A stretch of 64,000 nucleotides of DNA, from the IMG/VR virus record IMGVR_UViG_3300045988_174111, positions 40,621-104,620 of that record; one strand, written 5' to 3'. The translations under genes were made by a program, and so were the position numbers. This DNA comes from a virus. The notes beneath the pieces were generated by a model that saw only the letters and a program-made list of their open reading frames with translations, ran no database searches and was not told the DNA's origin. Shown in pieces: positions 25,837 through 35,332 of this stretch. Numbering within the stretch: position 1 is the first letter of the stretch; each line of letters starts with the position of its first letter.

Positions 25837-27999
25837 TTAATCGCTTATCTCCTCAAAAATAGCTTGAATATATAAATCATGGTCACCAACCCAATACTGT
25901 GTAGGATTTCGAGAATCCTCTGTCAAATCTGTAACAATATTCCATTTTACAAACGAATATCCTGGATTTGGAGTTGCAATCAAGGTAATTTCCGTTCTTG
26001 GTAAACAGCTTCCTTCGACCCTTGCTTCACCCCAGCCCTGTTGTACAATTTCAATTTCTACGTGTAAAGGAAGATTCATAATTACGTCAACCGTAACGTC
26101 TTTATCCAAAGAAACTGACCCCTGTGAAGTAATCCCTTTTGCAGAAATTTCCCAACTAATATTTGAATTCTTTGGCAACTCAAATCTTACATACCCATTC
26201 TTATCAGTTTGAGAAGTGAACCCATTACTTAGTGTTACTTGCGCATTTTCAATAGGCTGGCCATCTAATTCTCTTTTCACATTAAAAGTAAGGAAATAAG
26301 AATTTCTTACTACCCAATCGAGCCAAGTATAAGATGCCACATTTTTATAGGAAACCAAATATCTTTTAATGAATTCTTCAATATCTGATTTAGTTCTTGA
26401 AGAATTTATTTGGGAATACATAGCAATCACATTTTTTTGTCCTAAATACCCCTGAGAAAATGGTAATTTCAATGGTTTTAAACAAATCCCAGCAATTAAA
26501 ATATCGCAAGAAACTGAATCCCTATTTTGAACAATATAAGGGGCCATATATTTTACACCCCCCATGAATCTCAATGGCCTTCCATTCTCGAAATTCAAAT
26601 ACAAATTTTCATCCTTTTCTTCAAGAATATTGTATATAATTCCCCTCAATCGGTAATACACTCCTGGAATTTTACATGGGCTTTGATAGCGTTCGCCTTC
26701 AAAAAAGCTATTTGTTTCGCGCCAATCGGTGATTCTAACCTGATTAATTAACTGTAAATTTGAATCATAACAATGAACACCAAATTCTATATTCTGATTT
26801 CCAAGATTTAATGCTCGCACCCATACAGTAATTTCGTAATCAAGGCCTGGATAAACTTCCAATACTTTTGTTTTGTCTATTTCTGTAGAAATTCCAACTC
26901 TTCCATAACCTTTTGGCTGAAAAACATACATTCCATCAACAAACCTGCGCTCAACTGTTCCAATAATCGGGTAGTCAGAAAGCTTCCCAACACCAGCTGC
27001 ATTAATTTCAGAATAATCTGTAGGAAGTTCATCTTCTGTGTATATCTTCCAGGGGTATTCCGTTTGAATTTCATTCAATTCTGGTGCCCCAGTCTTTTTC
27101 ATTACGATTTCATCGTTCGCAAACTTAATCAAATCCGTTGAAATATTTCCGGAATAATCAGTACCAAAATCCCACCCTTTCGAAACTTCATTTACAGTTT
27201 CAGTGCCATACCAAGTCGGAGAACTCCAGCCTAAACACCAGCCCACACTTTCTGGGGGTAAAACCGCAAAAATAAATTCATTTGGTTTTTCATAGCCAAC
27301 TAATCTCCTAAGTTCGCCTTCTATTTCGCTACCTGTTGCAGCAATTTTATCAGTCCCTCTGTTGTAAAATTCTTGAATCCAATTCAAAAATAGATATCTT
27401 CGCTGGTCAAGTGTTTCAATGTTTTCGTAGACGATTCCCCAATTTTCAATAAATTCTTTCATCAACAAATCGCTGTTTTCTAACTGCCGATAATTTCTGG
27501 AATAAATAACAATAAACGCAAAATAATGCGTTATCGCTAAAAAGAAAGAATTATAGTCATCCTGATTATTACGACTCACATACAAAGGCACTATTCCAGG
27601 CTCAAAAAGCTTCTCTAAGACATTTATTGCCCATGCTAAAACCTGTGGGTCGTTACTGTCAAAAAATGTCTTAAAAATCGTTTTATCGTAAATAATTGCT
27701 GAAGCCTGTTTTGGGGAATTCCTTTGAAAAACTTTAGGTGCTGAAAATGGCTTTGTCACATAGTCTAAAACTAAATCATCACTATCAGTAAGCCTTCCCA
27801 ATTTTTCCAAACAATTATTTGAAAAAACTTCCCAATTAGAATATGTTCTTCCGCCATCTTTTGAATACCTAAAAAGAGAATATTCATTTTCCCTTGCTGC
27901 CCTTAAAATAGCAACTAAGCCAGCCAAAGGTATTATCTGAGTATAAATTGTAAACCCACAGCCAATATGAGGAAATTCTTTTAATTTTATTGAAGCCAT
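25837..27999 (-). CDS. Tail fibre or receptor-binding module protein
   Basis: 720-aa ORF. It has a CarboxypepD_reg-like segment (ENAQVTLSNGFTSQTDKNGYVRFELP) and a C-terminal repeat (IATPNPGYSFVKW...IQAIFEE). The call rests mainly on position. Confidence 0.45.
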   Translation of the reverse strand: MASIKLKEFPHIGCGFTIYTQIIPLAGLVAILRAARENEYSLFRYSKDGGRTYSNWEVFSNNCLEKLGRLTDSDDLVLDYVTKPFSAPKVFQRNSPKQASAIIYDKTIFKTFFDSNDPQVLAWAINVLEKLFEPGIVPLYVSRNNQDDYNSFFLAITHYFAFIVIYSRNYRQLENSDLLMKEFIENWGIVYENIETLDQRRYLFLNWIQEFYNRGTDKIAATGSEIEGELRRLVGYEKPNEFIFAVLPPESVGWCLGWSSPTWYGTETVNEVSKGWDFGTDYSGNISTDLIKFANDEIVMKKTGAPELNEIQTEYPWKIYTEDELPTDYSEINAAGVGKLSDYPIIGTVERRFVDGMYVFQPKGYGRVGISTEIDKTKVLEVYPGLDYEITVWVRALNLGNQNIEFGVHCYDSNLQLINQVRITDWRETNSFFEGERYQSPCKIPGVYYRLRGIIYNILEEKDENLYLNFENGRPLRFMGGVKYMAPYIVQNRDSVSCDILIAGICLKPLKLPFSQGYLGQKNVIAMYSQINSSRTKSDIEEFIKRYLVSYKNVASYTWLDWVVRNSYFLTFNVKRELDGQPIENAQVTLSNGFTSQTDKNGYVRFELPKNSNISWEISAKGITSQGSVSLDKDVTVDVIMNLPLHVEIEIVQQGWGEARVEGSCLPRTEITLIATPNPGYSFVKWNIVTDLTEDSRNPTQYWVGDHDLYIQAIFEEISD

Positions 28000-28005
28000 G
28001 CTAAG

Positions 28006-28476
28006 TTATTTATTGAGTTTTCTTACAATTAAAAACACTCTAAATCCAATTGAAAACATTCCTGCATAGAAGAAAATCTTTTCCCACCATCTTAATGGCA
28101 TTCTTTTAGGAACTTCAACCTTCTTTTCAACCTCAACAGGATAAGGAGTAGGAACTTCCTTAGTAACTTCTTTGTCTCTATATACTACTTTCACTGGAAT
28201 ACTGTCTTGCTTATTCTCAATGTTATGTTCGAGAATTCCAGTTTTCCCATGATACGTAGCAGTTGAACGAGCATATTTTGTTTCAACTGTGCTCGTAGTG
28301 TCGGAAGTAGTATTTCCGACACTTTCTTTTTCAATTTGGACCTGAATAATTGTGTCCCGAATAATTTCTGTTGTCGTAATAACTTTTTCAACAGGAACAT
28401 AAACTTTTTTACTACACGAACAAAGCCAAATATTCAGCCCAACAAAAAACGCAATTGCGATTAAAATTTTTCTCAT
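28006..28476 (-). CDS. Membrane-tethered protein with an N-terminal lipoprotein-like signal and a C-terminal TM segment (unimolecular-spanin candidate)
   Basis: MRKILIAIAFFVGLNIWLCSCSKK looks like a signal peptide with Cys residues in a lipobox-like position. The C-terminal WWEKIFFYAGMFSIGFRVFLIVRK is hydrophobic. It lies directly downstream of a putative wall-active enzyme. Confidence 0.4.
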   Translation of the reverse strand: MRKILIAIAFFVGLNIWLCSCSKKVYVPVEKVITTTEIIRDTIIQVQIEKESVGNTTSDTTSTVETKYARSTATYHGKTGILEHNIENKQDSIPVKVVYRDKEVTKEVPTPYPVEVEKKVEVPKRMPLRWWEKIFFYAGMFSIGFRVFLIVRKLNK

Positions 28477-28482
28477 AACTCA

Positions 28483-28941
28483 TCATTCAATTGTTATCCA
28501 AACTTGCTGGCCACTGTCAATTGAATTCTTAATAAGTTTCTTGACACGGCTAATCGTATCGAATTGATTCTTCAATTGCTCTTTTCCAGGAATTCTCTCG
28601 CCAACCAAAATACACCCCTCCGTATGTTCAACAGTTGAACCTGCATGAATCAATATTCCTAAGAAATGAGGAACGTTTTCAAGTGCCGGATATTCCTTTC
28701 CAAATTTAGGAGAATACCGATATACAACTTTATAACGTCCGGCAGGAATGCAAGTTTTCCCATAAACTTTTTCCGGACATTTACATGTTTCTCCCTTAGA
28801 AGTGTATGGGCAAGATTCCGGAAGCTTTCGTCTCGTGTCTTCTAAGGTATCACAAACTTTCAATCCGTCAACATATAAAACTCCAATAGTCGCTGTTGAA
28901 GTAAATTCCTGGCGCACCAGCTTTAATTCAAAATCTTTCAT
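28483..28941 (-). CDS. Hypothetical protein with a YkuD-like H...(S/T)xGC motif (candidate peptidoglycan-active enzyme or endolysin)
   Basis: GILIHAGSTVEHTEGCILVG resembles the L,D-transpeptidase-fold active site (IHG...S/T-x-GC-I/V). 152 aa. Next to the spanin-like gene. Confidence 0.35.
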   Translation of the reverse strand: MKDFELKLVRQEFTSTATIGVLYVDGLKVCDTLEDTRRKLPESCPYTSKGETCKCPEKVYGKTCIPAGRYKVVYRYSPKFGKEYPALENVPHFLGILIHAGSTVEHTEGCILVGERIPGKEQLKNQFDTISRVKKLIKNSIDSGQQVWITIE

Positions 28942-28995
28942 AATTTAAAATTTTTAGATTTGTAAATTTATTTCTTTTTTAGATAAAAAACAACC

Positions 28996-30168
28996 TTATC
29001 CTGCCGGATAGAACAGTGGGGAAAATTCATTTTCTTCATCAAACATTACATTGCCGTCCAAATCTCTCATTATGAATTTCTTAATTCTTGGAAGCATAAA
29101 ATCTGGAACCAATTCATCTAAATTCGGCTTGAACCATTCTGAGGCAACATATCTGACGCCTTCCGTGTTTTTTACAATCTCCAATAAATCATCCCATTCA
29201 ATTTTTTGTCCAGGTTCCCAAAACCTAAAGTCAAAATACTTTGTCAGCCCAATTTGAATATTTTTCCTTACTGTTGAAATATCATACCCTGCCTCAATTT
29301 CACATCTAAAATCTATTCCAGATTCACCTCCCACTTCATACCACGAAGCGTTCTCTAGTTTAATTCCAACTAATTTCCCTGACACTGCCATATCTCCTAT
29401 TCCAAAATAGGGGGCAGATTTTTCAAGCAATGTTCTCAATTCGGAAAAAGTAAGTTCCTGTCCATTTTGAGTTGCTAATTGAATATGAATAAAAGAATCT
29501 TCCATAATTCCGATATACATAACTTTTAAAATTCGGTTATCAAAATTTTGGAAAATTTGAGTCAATTTTTCAATTGTCGAAGAAGCATACACATTTTGAT
29601 GATTCAAGATTCTTCTACGAAACATTTCATCACTTTCAGAATCTCTTCCACCAATGGCATAATATTCATTCGTACATTCGTAATGGCCCTGTGGGATAGG
29701 GTTAACGTTCACAATGCTATTTGCGTCAACATTCGTAAATGCCCCTAATGATTCACTTCTTACTTTTACGTATCCATAACCAGACTCCCCAATCGTTACA
29801 GAATTCTCAATAGCAAATCTTACTCCATCAGTACTGACAAAATAATTTTCCCCAGCAATGTATTGAGTTCCAGGTTCTGCATACACCCTGATATAAGTAG
29901 AAGAACCTAATGCTCCATATCGAGCTGTAACCCCAAACAAAGCTGCTGCTCTATCAAGGTATTCCCCTGCTGCGGTTTCGGGGAAAATTTGAGCTTCGAC
30001 AATTGCAACATCTTTAATTGCCTTCTGGGCAACTTTCGCTGACGCATAAGCTACTGCATTCAAGACTGAGTTATCCGTAATGTCGGACACCTTATCTGTC
30101 TTATTTAAGAAAACCTCAATCCAAAGATTCTTTAAAAAAGAAATCGTATTATTTACTTTTGTTATCAT
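28996..30168 (-). CDS. Baseplate J/gp47-family protein
   Basis: FPETAAGEYLDRAAALFGVTARYGALGSSTYIRVYAEPG matches the Baseplate_J motif (A.G..LD.la..fGv.R..a..A.g.v.f). Lies in the baseplate module. Confidence 0.65.
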   Translation of the reverse strand: MITKVNNTISFLKNLWIEVFLNKTDKVSDITDNSVLNAVAYASAKVAQKAIKDVAIVEAQIFPETAAGEYLDRAAALFGVTARYGALGSSTYIRVYAEPGTQYIAGENYFVSTDGVRFAIENSVTIGESGYGYVKVRSESLGAFTNVDANSIVNVNPIPQGHYECTNEYYAIGGRDSESDEMFRRRILNHQNVYASSTIEKLTQIFQNFDNRILKVMYIGIMEDSFIHIQLATQNGQELTFSELRTLLEKSAPYFGIGDMAVSGKLVGIKLENASWYEVGGESGIDFRCEIEAGYDISTVRKNIQIGLTKYFDFRFWEPGQKIEWDDLLEIVKNTEGVRYVASEWFKPNLDELVPDFMLPRIKKFIMRDLDGNVMFDEENEFSPLFYPAG

Positions 30169-31085
30169 ATCTGAATATTTGTTACAATGAAATTATTCGT
30201 GACTGTTTTAGCTTGTATTTTCATAAAGATTGAATCTTCTTTTCGATACAAGTCTAAAAGATTTACTTCCACCCAACGAGCGTCTCTTTGAAACATTCCG
30301 ACAAGATGCTTGAACAAAGAAGGATACTGAATTGCATTTACAGAACTTCCTATCGCTTCATTTGACAAACCATAATCAGGAAATTCGGGAATAGAACCTT
30401 TCAAAGAATTAATAATAGTATCCAATGCTTGATTAACTGCCGCCTCATATTGCAATACAGCTAAATCGTTATTTTCTATTCTCAAATTCTTATCAATATC
30501 CTTCCCTAAGATTTTCTTTGAATCCAAATTATCAACAATATTCGGAATATTGTAATTACCCGTTGAACGAATATTTATCTTGAACATTCCCCCACCATTA
30601 TTTGAATCATAGTCTTCTTCCTCAACAAAATTATTCTTTGCAATATCTACCCAATCATCTTGAGGGTTATTAGAACCTAACTGAGACGCAACATTTTCAA
30701 ATGTTTCCCTAGTTTTCAAAACTCTTTCAAGAACAATATTTGTCGCATACCTTCCAATAATAGCAGAACGAAGCCATCTTGACGAATTATCAATTGTCCA
30801 CAGCTTAGTTTGGCAATCTGTAAACATATCAAGCAATTCCCAAAAATCTATTCTTGAAAAATTTGAAGCATGTAAAGAAAAGAGAGGCTCAATTTCCTTT
30901 GAAGATTTTAACAAATCATCAAGCCTTCCAAAAGCGTCTTTAACATCAATATCTTCCTGCCCCGTATAATAAGCCACTATCAATGGATAATAGGAATTTG
31001 AGAACAGTACGAACGATTCAAAATACGATTTAATGTCGTACCCTGTTTTCTTCTTAAAATTTTCTAAAGCCTCTCTCATAACCAC
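30165..31085 (-). CDS. Baseplate-module protein (positional call)
   Basis: 306-aa ORF with an ATGA overlap with the J-like gene. Confidence 0.45.
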   Translation of the reverse strand: MVMREALENFKKKTGYDIKSYFESFVLFSNSYYPLIVAYYTGQEDIDVKDAFGRLDDLLKSSKEIEPLFSLHASNFSRIDFWELLDMFTDCQTKLWTIDNSSRWLRSAIIGRYATNIVLERVLKTRETFENVASQLGSNNPQDDWVDIAKNNFVEEEDYDSNNGGGMFKINIRSTGNYNIPNIVDNLDSKKILGKDIDKNLRIENNDLAVLQYEAAVNQALDTIINSLKGSIPEFPDYGLSNEAIGSSVNAIQYPSLFKHLVGMFQRDARWVEVNLLDLYRKEDSIFMKIQAKTVTNNFIVTNIQI

Positions 31086-31867
31086 CCCTCCAAAACTGTT
31101 TCTGATACAGGTTTCAAAGCACTTGACACTGTAGAAGCAACCTCGCTCACTCCAGTTTGAATCATTGACGGCAATAGTTTGTCAAGCAATTTACTATTCT
31201 TACTCGATACCGCTTCTAAAGGAGCTAAAGCAATCATCGTCAAATTATAGTTCCACACCATATTTTTTGACAAATCCTGAGAAAATTGAACCCCACTTGG
31301 AGGAATGGCAACAAGATAACTTTCCCCCAATGCCATATTGTAGAAATACAAACGAAACGGCTTCCCTTTGTCATCAAGGCCAACACTTTTATTTGCAATA
31401 GCTTGCAAGATTTTTAAAACTCCGTATCCGGTTTTTACATTCAAATTGAAATTAGAAAATGCCAGTCCAGAAATAGAACCACTTTTCTTCGAAATATCAA
31501 ACAAAGTATATTTCCCAGCTTTCACCGATTTATTTGTAGAATTAATATTTACGCTTGGTTTTGGGTCAATCAAAATCTTAAATTGACGACCAAAATTTCC
31601 TTTAATATTAATTTCCTGAGGGGAAAACGAAGGCGTGGACAAAACTGTTACCCCAGCCATAGACTTCTTTATGTTTGTTCTGGTTGGTTCAGTTTTTGTG
31701 ATTGAATCCGGCATTATAGGAAACGTCAAATAGTCTATGGTATTGTCAGAACTATCTGCTAATTCTAAGGCAACCATATACCATTCAAAATCATTTGGGT
31801 ATAAACTCGCAAGTGTCTGAGACCCAATTGATTTTGCCATATTCATAACTGTATCTAATGCAGACAT
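31076..31867 (-). CDS. Baseplate-module protein (positional call)
   Basis: 263-aa ORF with a 10-nt overlap with the next gene and a promoter motif upstream. Confidence 0.45.
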   Translation of the reverse strand: MSALDTVMNMAKSIGSQTLASLYPNDFEWYMVALELADSSDNTIDYLTFPIMPDSITKTEPTRTNIKKSMAGVTVLSTPSFSPQEINIKGNFGRQFKILIDPKPSVNINSTNKSVKAGKYTLFDISKKSGSISGLAFSNFNLNVKTGYGVLKILQAIANKSVGLDDKGKPFRLYFYNMALGESYLVAIPPSGVQFSQDLSKNMVWNYNLTMIALAPLEAVSSKNSKLLDKLLPSMIQTGVSEVASTVSSALKPVSETVLEGWL

Positions 31868-31885
31868 ATCTTTTACATTTTTCTA

Positions 31886-31893
31886 CAAATATA
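31886..31893 (-). promoter_or_regulatory. Bacteroidota-type -7 promoter element (TATATTTG on the minus strand)
   Basis: Plus strand caaatata in the 34-nt gap between the stop at 31902 and the ATG at 31867. Confidence 0.4.
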
Positions 31894-31901
31894 GTAAAAA
31901 A

Positions 31902-32123
31902 TTACAATATTTTTCCAGGTCCAGTCGTTGCTCCTGATTGTGCAGTAGCAGAACCCGTCGTAGATACGGGAATTCCAGGCTGAACTTCACCCGTCTTAAC
32001 AAATGCATCAATGGCATCAGCCAAACCCTTGGCAAACTTACTGTCATCAATCTCTGTTTCTTGTCTCATCTGTGTTAGTAGATTCAATATTGAACTTTCT
32101 AATACGTCTTTCTGTAAAGCCAT
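31902..32123 (-). CDS. Hypothetical small protein (baseplate module)
   Basis: 73-aa ORF, co-oriented with its neighbours. Confidence 0.5.
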   Translation of the reverse strand: MALQKDVLESSILNLLTQMRQETEIDDSKFAKGLADAIDAFVKTGEVQPGIPVSTTGSATAQSGATTGPGKIL

Positions 32124-32127
32124 AACC

Positions 32128-33168
32128 TTATTTATTAAAAAATTTCTTCAGTAATGAATTTAATTCCTCGGTCTTTGTAATTGTAGGCGGTAATGGCGTC
32201 CCACTCGGCCCAACAGCGGTCGAAACTGTCAATGTAGCAATTGCGTCAACAATTTTCGTCAAAAGCTCATTTAACCCTGTTCCACCATTAATAATTGACA
32301 TCTTTCCTTCACTTATTTCTATGATTGCATCCCCTTGAGATAGTGTAACCTTTTTATCTTCAAACTTCAATGTGCAATCAAAAATTTTCGTCTCTGCTTT
32401 GTTTTCATCAACAGTGTGATTATACTTTGTATCACCCACTTTTGTTTCTGTCACAAACCCTTTCTCCGTTATAGTCGTTTTTGAGAAGTTTTTATCTTCC
32501 CCCTCACCATACGTAGCAAAAACCGCCATTTCTTCTTTATTGACGCTTATTCCCGACTCATTTTCGGTAACAGGGTCTATCAGTTTAGCAGTGAGTTCTT
32601 TAAAAGCTTCTATTTCTGCCTTTTTACTTGCAGACACTTTTACCAATCCAGAAGAGCCAACTTCAAGAATAGCATTTTCATCCCCTAAAGCATTAATCTT
32701 AAGAGTTCCAAACTGTTGACCTCTCACATTGATAAAAAGAGTCCCAGCCTTTGCACTCCCTACAATACTCAAAGAGCCTCTATCCCACTTTCTATTTATA
32801 CAAAATTCTTCATCGCTTCTCAAAGGAATATCCCCATTAGTAGGGGAAAACGTTCCGACAATCATTGGCTGATTCATATAGGATTGCGAAATCCACATCA
32901 CTGGAGTCCCCTTTTCACCAACTTTTCTTGGAAACTTTATATTCTGTAAAGCTTCATTTGAAATGAAACAATTATGTATAATATTCCCATCACTATCATC
33001 AATAATTGATATCTTATTTTGTCGAAAACATGAATCAACAAACTTATCTCTATCAACTCCTTCAGGAATTAATACATAGCCAAAGCCCGTTGTTTGCTGA
33101 GAAACGCCTCGTTTCTGCAAAGGTGACACCCCTTGCTTTTTAGCCTTTTTTATTCTAATCGTTCCCAT
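32128..33168 (-). CDS. Baseplate hub or central spike candidate
   Basis: 346-aa ORF between the large hub-like protein and the baseplate genes. Positional call only. Confidence 0.4.
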   Translation of the reverse strand: MGTIRIKKAKKQGVSPLQKRGVSQQTTGFGYVLIPEGVDRDKFVDSCFRQNKISIIDDSDGNIIHNCFISNEALQNIKFPRKVGEKGTPVMWISQSYMNQPMIVGTFSPTNGDIPLRSDEEFCINRKWDRGSLSIVGSAKAGTLFINVRGQQFGTLKINALGDENAILEVGSSGLVKVSASKKAEIEAFKELTAKLIDPVTENESGISVNKEEMAVFATYGEGEDKNFSKTTITEKGFVTETKVGDTKYNHTVDENKAETKIFDCTLKFEDKKVTLSQGDAIIEISEGKMSIINGGTGLNELLTKIVDAIATLTVSTAVGPSGTPLPPTITKTEELNSLLKKFFNK

Positions 33169-35329
33169 CTTTATACATATCTCTTTTTAAAAAGAAATTA
33201 AAAACATCAGAATTCACTCCAAATTTAGTGGAAGACTCTGAAATTGTGTCATCTTTAGAATGAGAATCCCTTTTTTTAATTTCAGAACGAATTCCTTCAA
33301 TATTCACAATATTAAAATAGTTATTCTTCGAATCTGTTATGTTCTGCAAAAGCATACCCCTTTCGACAGTAACTGTCGTCACACGGTCAATTGCATCATT
33401 CGTGAAAGTTATTGTATTATTCACTGCAGTCACATAGAACAATTCCTGAGTAGATTCCAATATAATGAAAGTTCCAACTTTAATTCTTCTATCCCCATTC
33501 AAAGTAATTGTTCCTTTTCGCGTAAACGGAAGATAACAAGAAGTTTCAATAACATACAACAAATCATTAAGTAATGCCTGAGACATTGTATTAATATTTT
33601 TCTCACAATCCTTACCCTTTAAAGATTTCTCAGACAAATAAATATCATTTGTCACACACCTTTTATTTCCAAACCGCTCCACAAATTCATTTAAGAAAAT
33701 AATAGGAACTAAGGCAAGAGAAGAAAATTGAGAACTGCCTGTCAGGGAATTTTGAGGCATAATTCTATACCATCCATATGCCCTGTTATCATACTCAAGG
33801 GAAACTGACAGTAAATCTTTTGGTTCAACCCCAATATACTTTTTATCATCTAAAACAGATTGAATTGCATCCTTAGTAAAGGGAGGCTGTCTTGCAATAA
33901 AATCATATTCGTTCCCCCACGTATCCCCCCAAAATTCGACGAAAGGTTGCTGGCATATCTTATTGAAAAAGTCCATAAGAGTCCCCTCTGGATTCGTCAA
34001 TGAACGGTCAACTATTCTTCTATCTGAAAGAAGAGGGTCAACAAGCATCTTCACTATTTTCCAAACCCCTTTTGCATCTTCACGCTGTGCACAATGGGCA
34101 AACAGGCTGTCTGGGGCAATACCAATATTCGACAAATGGTCAATAACAAATGAAGACACTATTTCAATCTGCTGAAATTCAAATGCAAAATAATAATCAT
34201 AAGAACCTGATACCATATTCCTCTTAAACCAAGAAGACTCAGGGTCGCCCCCATAAAACCACCTGTCAGGACTCCCTTCAACATATTTAAGTGGGATAAA
34301 ATAGGAGCCATCCTCAACAAGTAACTTCGACAGGTCTCTTCCATTAATTGTAATTGAATAGTCAGTTCCAGAAGAATCTGCATTTACAAAAACTGAATCA
34401 ACTAAACCTATCATATCCCATATCAATTTTTCATTCAATTCTGAAGGTTCGATGATATGCGTACTAGATTGAAGCTTCCCTTGGTCTTCATATTTTTCGG
34501 CCTTTAGCTTTTCAAAACGAATAAAAACTATATCATTATATTGTATAAATTTTGAAAACCAATCCCTGTTCAGGCTCCCTCTCTTATCAGTAATATTAAA
34601 TTGATTTGCAAAATCTTCCCCAAAAGTCTGTATCTTAAGAGTATCCGTAGGAGAAAGCTCTATTGAGAAAGTTCCAACATTCATGTCTTTATTCGTTGAA
34701 CATGTCACAATCCAAGAACTAATATCATAAATTTTATCAAAAGCATAAGAATATACCCAAACTTTTACATTCAGATTTTTCATTTGAACGTGGTATTCCT
34801 TATCTTCATTTCCAGAACCTAAAGGTGTAGCTCTAGCTCTTCTTCTCGCAGCATAAGAATCATTAATAGGCGTTGCACTACTGCTTTCCCCATTATTTGT
34901 TGGGGAAAGCCAATCGACATATTCAGGGTCACTAAGTAATTCTTCCTGCTTTTCAGTCCAAAATGCGGAAAAACCACCATCTTGTTTTAAGAACAAATCC
35001 GAAGCCAATAATTGTTGCAATTCAGCGGTTATTTGGCTATTTGGGACAGCATATCTCGTCCCAACAACAATCACTGGAGGGTTATTGTTATCTATATCAC
35101 TCTTATATTTTTCTTTCATTGCAGGGGAGTAATTATCAACAATCGCTTCTGAATTTGTCAAACTTCCATCAGAAAATTTTAAAAAATCTTCAACAGTTAA
35201 ATCTTCTTGATATCCCTGATTTTTTAAATCATCTAAAAATTCCTGTATCGTTACAGGCTCACGACTCTCCCCAATCCCTTTGAACCAATCGGTTGAATAA
35301 GGTGGAATTTTATTTTCTTTTTCTGCCAT
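33155..35329 (-). CDS. Large baseplate hub or tail-tip protein (positional call)
   Basis: 724-aa ORF immediately downstream of the tape-measure gene. Confidence 0.4.
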   Translation of the reverse strand: MAEKENKIPPYSTDWFKGIGESREPVTIQEFLDDLKNQGYQEDLTVEDFLKFSDGSLTNSEAIVDNYSPAMKEKYKSDIDNNNPPVIVVGTRYAVPNSQITAELQQLLASDLFLKQDGGFSAFWTEKQEELLSDPEYVDWLSPTNNGESSSATPINDSYAARRRARATPLGSGNEDKEYHVQMKNLNVKVWVYSYAFDKIYDISSWIVTCSTNKDMNVGTFSIELSPTDTLKIQTFGEDFANQFNITDKRGSLNRDWFSKFIQYNDIVFIRFEKLKAEKYEDQGKLQSSTHIIEPSELNEKLIWDMIGLVDSVFVNADSSGTDYSITINGRDLSKLLVEDGSYFIPLKYVEGSPDRWFYGGDPESSWFKRNMVSGSYDYYFAFEFQQIEIVSSFVIDHLSNIGIAPDSLFAHCAQREDAKGVWKIVKMLVDPLLSDRRIVDRSLTNPEGTLMDFFNKICQQPFVEFWGDTWGNEYDFIARQPPFTKDAIQSVLDDKKYIGVEPKDLLSVSLEYDNRAYGWYRIMPQNSLTGSSQFSSLALVPIIFLNEFVERFGNKRCVTNDIYLSEKSLKGKDCEKNINTMSQALLNDLLYVIETSCYLPFTRKGTITLNGDRRIKVGTFIILESTQELFYVTAVNNTITFTNDAIDRVTTVTVERGMLLQNITDSKNNYFNIVNIEGIRSEIKKRDSHSKDDTISESSTKFGVNSDVFNFFLKRDMYKDGND

Positions 35330-35332
35330 AAT

